Assembly (NCBI GenBank): GCA_001949185.1
Contig: BDGG01000001.1
Span: 310,001-374,000 of the forward strand
Reading direction: 5' to 3'
DNA: 64,000 bases
Source: Ramazzottius varieornatus
Lineage: Eukaryota > Animalia > Tardigrada
The translations under genes and the position numbers were made by a program. Below the pieces are notes generated by a model that searched no databases, was not told where the DNA came from, and was given only the letters and a program-made list of their open reading frames with translations. Position 1 is the stretch's first letter; the number at the start of each line of letters is the position of its first letter. This document shows positions 1-12,094 of the stretch, piece by piece.

Positions 1-678
1 AAAATGTACCTTGCTCGTCAGAGTCGTGCTTCCACCCGTTAGAAAGATCATGTTTGGATCTTGCGACGAGCATATATTCTAAGGTCATAACTTTCACCAG
101 AAAGAGAAACTTTGAGCGATGTTCTTTTTCTCCTATGTCGTTTTGTGGTTTCAGGAAGATAGCATCAGCGGAATGTTTTTAGCAGCTTGCTGTAGTAACA
201 CATAATTCTCAACAGAGCCAATTCAGCTTCAAACCGACCCTCGATTTCTGAGTACCGGCAAATTTTTCGAACCTGCTTTTTTTACCAATCAACCGACATG
301 CCCCAGATTTTTAAACAAAGGTTTCAAGAGCTTGAACTAATAGGAGACAAGATTTGACAGTAGGCAAAGAAGCGCAGAATTTTTGCAGCACTTCAAAATC
401 CGTCGGCTTGATCTGAATCAACCTGTAAGCGTGATTTGGGATCGGCTGTACTGTACGAGTGCCCCATAGTACAGTACGAGTAGTGCAAGCGTTGACAACA
501 TAATGTCCAACTCCAGAAGACCTTATTTCTTGGTGGAGACCTTGTTAGAACATTATTTGCCAACCCTTCAAACTATGTAACGCCTTGCAGAAACAGTATT
601 GATAGTTTATTCAAGCGTGTCTGTCTCAAATGAGGCCAGAGTGCGGTAGTTTCCCTTTCGGCACATGTTCAGTAGGTA

Positions 679-1019
679 CGAGGTAAACGACATAATTCGG
701 GCATAGTTACTTTTCACTCGTAATTTGGGCATATTTTTTTCTCACCTCCTGCTGCGCGTACTGAATTTCTTTCTGTTTCGCGAGGTAGACTGATCCCTTT
801 TTTTCGAGATTTTAATAGGTTTGAGAACGACAAAGCGTTGTGAATCACGGGAATTTGGCCTGGGAGAGAGATGGGTATGTCCAATGTTGAAAAGCCCAGT
901 GGTGTATCAACAAGCGTACAATGAGACATGAATCAAGCGTTGACGATCATGTTCAAACTTTTCGCGTTGGCGGATTATGGTGCGAAAATCGATATGCCCA
1001 AATTATGTCGTTTACCTCC
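679..1019. mobile_element. Non-autonomous Tc1/mariner-type MITE (family A)
   Basis: TIRs CGAGGTAAACGACATAATTCGGGCA (679) and TGCCCAAATTATGTCGTTTACCTCC (ending 1019), with TA on both sides. A diverged relative is at 34766-37287. Confidence 0.8.
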
Positions 1020-2039
1020 TAGTGTGAACAGCGCCAAATTCCTCGTGGTTTTTGCTGGTCGAGTTGAGTTGTAAATGGATAGACTCTTGACGTTTTTCTA
1101 AGACCTGTTAGGGTAACGTGTTCAACCTTGAGTGTCCCAGTACGTTTAGTTTCCTGCAGTACGACGTACAACGCGGGATATCCCGCAGAGAAAACCTATT
1201 TTACAGTCCGTTCCAGCCAAGTTGTTCCCGGCACGTTGTCGTCCACTTTCAATTTTCGTCTTCGGAAGAGTTATCTTTCAAGTAAAACGTATCCAGAAAG
1301 GAAAAATTCTATGCCACCTTCCGCGTATTTTCTGCTAGCCAATATAGTTCTACATACAAGACCGCTGTCGTCTTATGTCTGCGAAGCATGGTAAACCAAG
1401 AGGACTGAGATTCCCAACTCACTAGAAATTTGCCTTCTCCGTGGCCCCAACAAATTGATCGTCATTCACTAGCGACTATAAAACCTGAAACGCTTGACCA
1501 TGACTAGATAGCGAAGATGCTGTCAAGTGACAGGAAAGAAGTAGCAGGGCGGTCTGACGGAGGAGAGCAAAATCACGAATCTCTGAAGTTTAAGGTTTCC
1601 AAAATTCGCAAGTCATACTTTCGTACTTAATAGTATACTTCTTTATTACCTGGGCAGAACGGGAATGTTGAAGGCGATGACCTGCAAGCAAACACAGGGC
1701 CCCTGGTGGCAGTCACAGAAATCTGACTTGAGTCCACCTCGGCCAGAAGGTGCGTCCAGAAGGCAAGTTTTTGTCGTAAAAGTTTGCGTAATAAAACAAT
1801 ATTTCAAAATTGGACTTGACGTCACCGCTCGGTACAAACGGTTCGGTTTCGGTGGGTCTATGAAACACGTCGAATAGGGTTTAACTCAAAAATGACAAAG
1901 ACGAAGCCTTCGCTGGGCAGATCGACACCAGTCGAGTAGCAAACAGCATCTGATCACTTTTTACCATATTTGGCTGACGAAAAGCCATTCAGATTCACAT
2001 ATTGGTCGATCAAGTATTGTAAAACGTGCTCAAATGTTT

Positions 2040-3382
2040 TTAACAAGTCCTCTGGTGCCAATCTGTCCGCGGAAGGCTTGCTCTTTGCTTTTTTCGAGTG
2101 AAACCCTCTTCGGCGCGGTCTAAGGCACGCACCGAAACGAACCGTTTGTACCGACCGGAGCCGACGACTCGAGTCATGACGTCAAGTCCACTTGTGGAAT
2201 AGTTTTTCATAAGGCAAATTATTACGTCAGTGGACGCGTCCATGGGCCAGTACTGCGTCGCAAAAAACCCTGATCCTTCTTTTTCTTTTCCTTTTCTGTC
2301 GAACTCAGCAGACGGAAAGGCACGCACGACAGACGTTGGAGTCTTCTTTGGAGGTTCCTCTTGGAATAGATACAAATACAAAATACAAGTACCTGCAGTG
2401 GAAGTATTTTCCGCAACAAAGACAGCGGAAACAAACATATTAAACAACATATTAACTATGGAATGAATGACTAGGAGTTGAAAAAAACCCGAAAGAACTG
2501 CGGAAAGGCCCGCAACCACCACGACAGCCGTCAATCCAGTAAGATCCATACCACTTCTTCGAGGTTCAAAAAAACCGCAGTGCTAAAGACACAGTGTTTT
2601 TGTAACTTCGCCAACCACATTCAAGTGCGTATCCTGCACATCCTCTTGCCACTTTCACCATACCGGTCAACGTTCCGAAAAAATCGGTTACTAACGATCC
2701 CTTGACCGTCCAAAATGCGGTCATCCAGTCCGAGCAACTCAGACCACATATAGACGGTGCGCCGTATCCTGGCCTGAGGTAACATGGGGCATGGGAAGCG
2801 AACGCCTGCCTCTTGATGTCCTCGCAACTTCCGCTGTAATAAGGTCGAATTAGGGGAACCAAAGCTACTTGAAGGCATTTTCGAACTCCGTCGATCCACT
2901 GCTGCGCTTCTGCGGAAAACAACTCAAATCTATCGTTGTACATGAGGCAAAACTTTTCGCCATAATCAATGGCATAAGACGCATGGTCTCCAGAGCAGGG
3001 ATGCTTCCGTTCCAAGCAGTCTCGGTACCAAGAGCAATCTCGACCATCAGGATTATAGCACTGCCATGGCAGGGATAATTCCGTGATGTTCTGCCCGAAG
3101 TCAGCATTGCAGGCGCAGTCCTCAGTAACTAATCCGCCTTCTACTGAGCTATTTTCAAGCATGCATTGGTGCCAACAGTAAAGGTGACTTCGATCCTCGC
3201 ACTCGTGGGCTCCTCCAGATTTCTGCACTATATATGCGTTTCGACAGGCAGTTGGCATATTGATTTCCTTGGGTTACACCATTATGGTCCAGTCCTTGGG
3301 TTACACCATTATGGAGTGCGTTGACCGGTGCACCCAACAGTAAACAATCAGATAAGGCCAAGAACCAGAACGTACGAAACAT
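2040..3382 (-). pseudogene. Secreted Cys-rich protein with stanniocalcin-like helical domain; frameshifted (pseudogene or assembly indels)
   Basis: The signal-peptide ORF 3382-> (MFRTFWFLALSDCLLLGAPVNA) joins ORF 3258-2566 if one base is removed at ~3240, giving YANCLSNAYIVQK. The core reads CSWYRDCLERKHPC...YAIDYGEKFC...WIDGVRKCLQVAL...CEDIKRQAFASHAPCY...SICGL. A second 1-nt shift in the A7 run at ~2570 links to ORF 2549-2040. There is an in-frame 27-nt duplication at 3266-3314. Confidence 0.65.
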
Positions 3383-6177
3383 CGTTGATTGGAACAGAAT
3401 CGTAACTTTGAGTCATAAAAATCAAAATATGGTCCGTTACTTGAATCAGGAAGTTCAGGGGCAGCAAAACAGTCGTACTTGGGACAAGCATTAGGCGCGG
3501 CTAATAGCTGATAATCTGGCGCCGTCGGTTATCATTATGCAGTAGAACATATCCTAGTTTTGCAGCTCGTATCATGCTTAATCAGTTTAGTAAAACGAAC
3601 TAAGGGCGCCTCGTTAACGGAGTTATCAGTAGTCACCGTCTCACTTTTCAACCTTCTTGTCAGCTTTCGGGGCAGGGTCACACGTCCAAACTAGAGCGAG
3701 CTCGGCCTCATACCCGCGACCTTGAAGCAAACAGTCGCGCTTCTGCCTTTCCCTTCCATCAAACTTCTGCCACCAATTCAGATTTTGATATGCTAGTAGA
3801 CTGTCATTTAAGTTCGGTCACCGAAAGGATTGTTTGTGCGAATTCCTCAATTAATCCAGACACAACGCTTTCGTTCTTGCGGCCAAGTACTGTAGTCAAG
3901 TAAGAGTGCACAGATGTTTTCTTGTAAAGAATCTAAACGGACTGTTGAGCAGGCGCAGCAGATGTTACATCGAGTGGCGCAGTGGTAATTAGTAATGCTC
4001 TAATAAAGTAATATTTTATTAAAGTAGAGGAAAGTAGATGGTTTCAGGATCTACTATGTTTAATAATATTTAGTAAACAGAACTAGACACCGAAACCCGA
4101 TATTAACATTTTAGTAGTTTGAAACTAGGGTCCAGTATTTTATTATTATTAAGATGTCTATCACCTGTATTAAAATATATTTTAATACCCCTAACACTAC
4201 CGCTGATTCGAAGAACCGGTTAATTTGCTAAATTCTAAAGCGTGTGCGCTGGTTAATGGTTATGCGGCGACGACCTGTATCTATAGGAAAATGCAGTGCA
4301 CTATACCGGCTGCACAGTCTCGCACTGAGTGGCCAGCACATCTGACGTCAAGCACGTGATTCCCATAGTGCGCGCATGCTTTCTCCCAGTGCGCAGTGTG
4401 CGCCCCGCTTCATCTCAGAACAAACTGTGAGACTGTGGGACTGCCTTTTCGTATAGCTATAGTACGACCACGCCTCACTCAAGATTTTCTGGAGAAAGTG
4501 ATCTGAGCAGCGGCTCAGAAATTTTCCTGTTCAAGAGAGCTTCCCTCCGTGTTCTGAACTCGACCTTAGAGTGGATTAGACCAAGCATTGGTCGAACCAG
4601 TTGGTCTATGCGGTTCGACCTTTGATCTGTTTGCTTTTGACTTTTGCCGTATGTGAACCGACCAACCACTGGTCGAACCAGATAGACTAACTACTTCGGC
4701 CACTGCTTGCTGTAATCCACTCTAGGTATGTCTGTCAACTGGCTCAACGCCGTTTGGTTCAACTACTAACATTTTTGCGTCGATCACCCTCCAGGCTCAG
4801 AGTACAATCAGGTTTCGGTTTTCTCAAGGACAAGCTTCAGAAAAACCATAAACCAGCAAGGGAAAGCGCGAGACAGTGTGACCGGCAACGCAGTTTGCCG
4901 AACATCGAGAGAGCATCTCTCACACGGTGCTAAGATTATCGCCGTAACATTCTAATTTAAGGGTAGATCTAGAACACCGCTGGTACATCGGAGTACGCAA
5001 CCTATGCTTAGGCCAGTCACCAACCAAGTACGCAAGTTTGATGTGGGAACAAGGCACTGCAGGATGACAAGAGGGTGACCAACAAGAAGGATGAGCGCAA
5101 GTTGTGGAAGAAAGAGACTACACGTTATGAAGCCATCACCAAGCCATCGCCCACACGCTCGCCTACAACGACCATGTCGTTGTAGCAAACTTCTTCCCTC
5201 AGTGGACGAAATTAACATACTGTAGGCCGTGAAAATCCCACTGTTGAGCCTTTCGGATGCCGCCGTAGTGACAGCGGATACTTGCTAGCGAAGCGTAAAC
5301 GGCAAACACGATGTAGGCGGTCTAGGTTTGGGTGACGGGTCGCTCCGGCACTAGGCAAGCTCGACGTATGACGTCACCCAATGGCTCAAAGCGGGCCCTA
5401 TCGATCACTTTTCGACGGAACTACGATCAAGCGCCATTGATGAGAAATATCCCGAATGTTGTTAACTGTGCGATGGAAGAATGTTATCGACGTCGACAAT
5501 TTTTCTCCAATATGGCGTTTGAATGGGAAATAAGTCCCGAAACTAAAATCATACTTCAGAAACGTAAATCATGAGAGAGAAACGTAAACATAAAAATCGA
5601 CGTAGACCTTCGCATCCCATCAATGATAAAGACCGAAAACAAATCTAAAATCACATAAGCGTGAGATACATAATACGGCCGAAACTTGCAGCGCTTCGAT
5701 TGCTTGGTCAGTTTCAGTAAGCAGCTGCCGCTTTCGGCCGGTGGCCAAAATTTTTTTCTCGGCCGATAATTATGCCAGGTTCGTTTACTTAACTAAAGTC
5801 GGCAGAGAGACCAGCGAAACGAAAGTACGGTCTCTCGAAAGTACGACCAGCAATCAGGACGGTTGATCACGATTGTTTTCTGTACAGGTTGTTAAGGTGA
5901 AGCTGGCATGTCCTGTGTAGTATGCTTCAATTGCGACATTGACATGAAGAAGCTCTCGGCTGCCATCAAGCAGGGCTTGGCGACATTCTCATCGGCTCTA
6001 CCTGCGCTCGTTGGGCGGACAACTGGTCGTTGGCGGTTACGACCTCAATATGGAGTCCGAAGAAGGTGCGCAAGAGTAGGAGCTGGAAAAGCACTCACGC
6101 ATCAGGAACATGATAAAACCAAGGTACTGAAAACTGTAACTCACATTTTTGACGTCGAAAATTTGGACCAATACTGC

Positions 6178-8909
6178 TTATGTAACACGGAAAATATTTG
6201 AGGGAGGGCTGACAGTAAACAGGTTGTCCTGCTCTTCCAATATGACCAAATGCTTGGTTATGTCGGCTGTGTTAATGAGCACAAGATCACGCGAACGCTC
6301 GAGCTTAAAAATATGATTGACTTTGACGGAAGAATTACCGGAGATGTTAGTGTGGGTTCTGGTCAGCGCTTCTCCGAAAACAAACGTCCCGCACACTTTT
6401 TCCGCTTCAACGTCGACTGCTGCAACCACATGTTTCACCGCAATGACAGTTCCACTGCTATCCATCACAATGCTTTCATTTCGGCAATACTTTTCGTTGT
6501 GCTTGTGGGTCCTTACTTGAATTCCGTTCTCGATCACAGCTTTGTTGAAGGTGTAAATGTCTTTCGATGTCCAGTCTTGGCCGATTTCCACACCGATTGC
6601 TTCCACGAAACGTCTGATCATTTTTGTGTTTTCTTCCGGACGACCAACAAGCTTACAGCAACCGGAAGAGGTTTTGGAATAGAAAATCGTGTTTGTTAAT
6701 CCCAGGACGTTCCTCGCACACCGAACCACCTGCTCACTTGTCCCTGGCTTGTTCATGATATTTTCCACTAGGACAGAACATTCAGCGAGAACACGGAAAT
6801 CAGCCATGATACTCTTCGTGGTGTAGTTGTACGCGCAAACCCGACGCCCGATACGCCCTATTTCATTTTCCATAGCAGGAAATATTTTGTAATGGTACGT
6901 GGAGTTGAATGGTGTGCGCCACATGCTGCATCAGATGGATTGAGAACTTCATGTTTGCTTCGCCAAAAAACCGTTGGAATTTTCTGAGAAACAGGTCCGA
7001 GTGACGCTCGATCCTGGATAGGTCCACTTCCGTGATGACGTCACGAGTAGCTAACCAAGCGATCGAGCTAGCATGGTACAGGATAGAGTGGAACTTTTCG
7101 GGGACAATGTCTTTTGTGGTGTAAGGCGCACCATGTTGTAGAAAGAATCTTAACTCATGCGCCTGCATCTTGAAATGCGATATAGATCTTGTGCTTCGCG
7201 ATTCATGACCGGGAACGATTATGTGTATCCATCGCCTGTCGATCTCTTTGATCTCTGCCGCAGTCAACCGTAGTCTACCGCGTCCTTCAACAATTTGAGA
7301 CAGAAACCATCGGGCGACTCCTTCGTCCATCATGTGCATCACGTCAATGGCAAAAGCATCGACCATGTCTATGGCCGAAGGGCCAGCGAATTATTAGTGA
7401 CGGCCTTCGGAAGCCCTTGGGCAGCTTCATTTTGAGCATTGTATGTCGCTGCTTGGGGGACAGGTCATCCCACTCCGCTGTCGTCTCCACAAAGTCATCG
7501 TGGTTCTTCATAGGAGGGTTCTTCATGTACTTGTAGCAGATTTTGTGTGAGATGCAAACGGCTTTCTAACGAAAAACATTCTGTTAATGCGTAATGTCCA
7601 AAGTTTGTTATTTATAATGTGTGTTTCGCATTCTCGAGAACCTGCAGACAATAAACACAGCCTTCAGAGGAGGAGTGCGCCAGGTGACCATTTAACGCAG
7701 TTCTTTCCGGCGAATCTGCTAGTATGCACAGTCCCAAACGTGTCGGTCCATACAACAGGCTGGAAGCTCTCACTGTTCTCGTCCAAGTCGCGCAGCTGAG
7801 TAGTCAAGTTCAAAAGGAAGCTTTCTCTGTCGGATGGAAGATTCTCGCCTACCCAGACCGCCACCAGATGCCAAACACATCTTCTAATTCTAACTGGCAA
7901 ATTCAGCACTTGCACGAACACCAGGTACATCTTTTTGTTTGTGCTTTTGCTAAAATCTCCTGAGTTCGCATGGATGGCTAGCTTTATCGCATCACTTGGG
8001 ATTCCCATTTGCTCACTTCTCATGCCATCCGCGACGTCTCGCAGATTTCCATGCCTTTCTTGATCGGAAGGATCTATCTGACAGCCGTATTTGTCCATTG
8101 TTTCCTGGATAAATCTGCGTACCGGATTTATGATGAAGAGATTCCCGTCTTTCTCCACCTCCTTCCGGGTCCACACTGTCTCACACAGGTCGCAATGGCA
8201 TGACTTGTAATTGCCGTCTCCGACTTCCTTTAAAAAGTACCCACATAAATCCGTTTCCCACTGCTCGTTTCGCTTATTTCTCACCGGCCTTTGATACGGA
8301 CAAATATACACGACCTGTTGCTTGCCGTTTTTCTGCAGATTCAGCATGGTTTTCAGAGACTTTGTGCTTTTCGGAAATTTTCTGTGCTTCTTAGGATCGG
8401 CTTGACTTCTTTTCCCGTCAGCTATCAGGGCGATTACTTTGAGAAATTTGTCCAAAGTAGCATTGGACGTGCCGGTACTCTTGGCCACATACAAGAGAAG
8501 GCTTGCCACTTGATCCATTGTCCATCCTGCCTCATCTTCACGGAAGAATTCCGAAAGAGAAGTACCTGCAGGATCAATGAGTGTCAGAGAGATCCTCGAT
8601 TACATGTACGACAAGTCATTATACTGTACAATAACAAGCCAATAAATCACTGCACTTACCAGCTGATGGCTGCTCCGTCTCGTCGTGACAGACAGTATCG
8701 ATGAAGGAGGCATCCAAGTTCAGATCCTCTTCGTCAGGTTGATCGTCGTGTTGTAAAGAGACTTCTTCCGCTTGATGAAAGCGGGGTCGCTTCGAACTTC
8801 CTGCTGGTACTTGAACCATATCATCCATTGCATTTCGTTTCTTGGCAGCTCCACGTTTTGCTTTCAAGCGAGATATCCGATGGTCTTTATCCATGCCAAC
8901 CGCAAACAA
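6178..8909 (-). mobile_element. CMC/EnSpm (CACTA) transposase, fragmented and inactive
   Basis: Family motifs are spread over ORFs 8518-7664, 7366-6863 and 6924-6178: a CxxC zinc ribbon, LRDVADG, KLAIHANSGDFSKS..MYLVFVQVLNLP..R..HLVAVWVG, AIDVMHMMDEGV and IHLMQHVAHTIQLHVPLQNISCY(x)EN. The first catalytic NTDG-type motif is altered and the DAPAR-type segment is missing. Confidence 0.8.
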
Positions 8910-9267
8910 TTTCTATCGTTGATAACATGCGAGAAATATATCAATAAATTGAAATTAAAAATCGATCTCTTTGAATCTTTGACAGCTCGATTCGGTTCGG
9001 TTTGCGGACCGGGTTCGCCATCAGAACTTTCTGAACCTTCAGTAGATAATGCCTCCAAAGATACGGGCTACTGGTCCCCTGTGTACGGTCCAACTGAACG
9101 CAGTCTCTGTACAGCCGATGCTGCTGTCAGCAATGGTAGGGCTGTCCGTGGTACTGCATGTTGGCGTTTTCTGCGTCTTTTTGTGCAGCCGTTGAATTTG
9201 TTTTCTCATTCTCCAGTAGGTTTTCTCCCACTGAATCCTGCACCAAATTTTTCTTCCAGGAGCAGTT

Positions 9268-11403
9268 ATGTCTCATCGTGAAAAGGGGAATAACCCTACC
9301 AAGGCCACCAGACGCCCACGCGACTACAAGACCTCGGATCCTGAGTCGTCAACACCCATACCGGACTACTTCAAAGCGATAGTCAACCGTACAAGGGAGG
9401 AATCGTGTAAGAAAACCAAGCTTTCTGTCTGCCGATTACTTTTCCGTTTATCGATATTTCCTCAGCAGTCTTTTACATTTTCCTGTGCTTTGCAGACTGG
9501 GTCCTGTTACAGTAGGATGACGAGGTGTACTACCTTCTGCCACTGCCCGAGATCACTCTGGACATAGTAAAGCGTCTTTTTCGAGAAATTAATTCCTTCA
9601 AGGAAAAAGAGATATTGCAGCAAGGGATGAAGGTGCGCTTGTTCTACACTCATGTCTATCCTGTCAGCAAAGCAACGGTCATTGATGTGAGTAAGGACCA
9701 GGATAGGATGAACGCTTTGTTCGACACACTGGACAAGGCAGCGAAGGAGCAGAAAAAGAAACGAAAGGTACTTGTGATCTAACGCTCTTGTCTCAGGCGG
9801 ATAACGCGCTTGTCGCGTGTGCTAGACTTCGCTCTGTTCGTGTCAATACTGGAATATTATTCACTGTTCCGGAAGATACTTTGTACGGTGTCTTCTTCTA
9901 AAGACCAGACAGGAAGCCTGCCCCAACCTCGAGGATGACACATGTCAACAAAGCCGAAGACAACAAGACGAAACGAAAGAAATTGAACGACGAGAGATTA
10001 GGTGTGGTTTCTGTGGGGAGAGGTAAAGTCGCTTCCCCAGAAGTTTCTGAACGAGAGGCAGACTCCACCGGCGATGACAGTGCTCCGGGTCCCATAACTC
10101 ATCTCAAGTGGAAAAGCAGCTCTCAGTTGTGTACTGGAAGCATAAAGCTACGGAGCTCGGACACTCTTTTCTAGTGGAGATGAAGATTCGAACAACAAAT
10201 TTCCGGTAAGTTTGCAATATTTGTTGGTACAGTTGTTTGGAATTGCATACGGGTCTTTGGTAGTCCACTCAGAAGCCACGTCAACGCTCGGAGGATAGTG
10301 CATCACGAAAGCCTGGATCGCCTCTTCACATCAACGCCTGGAATGCCGAAGAAAAGGATCCCGACGAAATCTTCAACGAGGCCGATCTCCGTGATAGCGA
10401 AAATTACCCTTCCACAGATCCTAACTACAAATAGAGTAAGCGAGCTTACAGTTCGTTTCGGCCGCAGTACTCTTCCATACTGTGCTTGGTTTGTTTCTTG
10501 AAGAGACTAGGTTCACCGACAGCGAAGACAGGGATGATGTCAGCATCTCCGGGAGTGCCAAATATGGAGGTAAGTAAGTGGCTTACCAAACTTCATTTAA
10601 TTTTGCACGCAATTCGGCTATTGTGTTCGACTCCTTGGCACAGGCGAAAACAGCGGCGGTAAGAATGGAGATACAACGGAAGACTATACTGCAGAGCAGA
10701 TTGAGGAGTTTGTTCGGAAACGGGAGGAATTGCTGAAGGAAGCTGAAAGTGAGTGCCAAAATAATATTGCGTGATGCAGTGTAGAATTAGCTTAGCTATG
10801 AAAACTCCTCGAATAGAAACGAAAGTCTTTGCTTATTTGTTGCTCATCATAGTGATCAATTGGATTTTGAAATCAGCGGGACATTCCAGACCATCTCGGT
10901 TCCTCGAGTGTATCAGTCTAATGATAGTATCGTATTACAGTTCCGGCCATCAACTGGTCATTCAACGCAGATCCAGCAACAGTCGACCGCACTCTGTTCC
11001 AGCGACTACAGCCGAAGTCTCCAATATGGGTCAGACGAGCAAGATTACAGCAAGCGCAGAAAAGCGCGAAGGACATGGAAAACTACGCACGAAAGCTGAT
11101 GTGGAAAGTCTTGATCCCTGACGATGATATTATCGCTCTCTCAAAGACGAAGACGAAAGGCGTGGGGTTTGCGAAGCTTTTCGGCCCGGAGAACTTCACG
11201 TCGTTTTACGGTAAGCCTGTTGTAACGCAACCAGCCCGCTTTCTTACTTTTGACAGTCGTTTTTCTTTGCAGATCACGTTTTCAAGTTCAAGAAAACCAA
11301 GGAAGGATTAAAGGGAGGAAAGTGGAATAACCAGATAACATCCGAAGTTGAACTACGTAAACGATTGATTAGCACTTTCGATCGCAAATGTCTCGTGTAC
11401 TTA
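9268..11403 (+). pseudogene. Spliced accessory gene of the EnSpm element (coiled coil plus C-terminal BEN-like domain), disrupted
   Basis: Divergent to the transposase, with several GT-AG introns, an in-frame TAG at ~9513 and a frameshift at ~10980. The C-terminal SPIWVRRARLQQAQKSAKDMENYARKLMWKVLIPDDDII resembles the start of a BEN domain. Confidence 0.5.
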
Positions 11404-12094
11404 AGCACACTGAAAATCCACAATCCGACTAGGTCCTCCTTTCAATGGCCTCTCCCTCTTTGGTCCTTAATGCTAGAAATCGATCTGTATGGACAATTTT
11501 CAATTGTGAATTTTGTAGCCAGCCATCGGCTTACTATTACGAGCTGGTTCACCAGCCGAATAAAAACCTGAAGGATCACGAAATTTTCGCGGTTTATTTC
11601 CTCGTAGATGACTTTCATCAAGCGTTTTCTCATTATTGAGTCTCGCGAAACAAAGCTCACGCTACACTTCCACGTTCACTTTTCTCGTGGTTGGTATCTG
11701 CATTGCATTTCCCGACACCGACAAATTTTCTCTTCGTTTAACGACCGTTTTTGATAAGAGAAATCCATCTGTCAGAAAATACGATGGAAAGTCATGAATG
11801 GCGCCAATCAGGATCTTTGTGATCGATAGTAGGGGGGGGGGGGGTCACACGAAAATCGTCCATTGAACGAAGTGGTTAAAAAAAGGACTTCAGTACAGTG
11901 CATGTAGTTTTTCCGGGTGTTATGTGTCGCTTTAATTTACATTTTGCTTCTCAGAAGAGATACGATCCTTTCTAACGTTCAGCAGGTGTACAACAACAGT
12001 TGTTTCATCCTATTACGTCTACTTCTCCCTTCCTCGCAGGCGTTTATCGCCCGCAAAAGTGGGGCACCTTGTTACTCACATAAAGTTGCGAGAA

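Noticed and set aside
3980-4205. AT-rich island with weak inverted ends (CAGTGGTA.../...TACCGCTG)
   Set aside because: The TIR match is too degenerate and there is no TSD. Possibly an old MITE.
4560-4830. GGTCGAACCA-type repeated and inverted motifs as a CRISPR array or the EnSpm left end
   Set aside because: Spacing is irregular, there is no cas gene and the context is eukaryotic. They are probably TE subterminal repeats, but no matching terminus or TSD was found.
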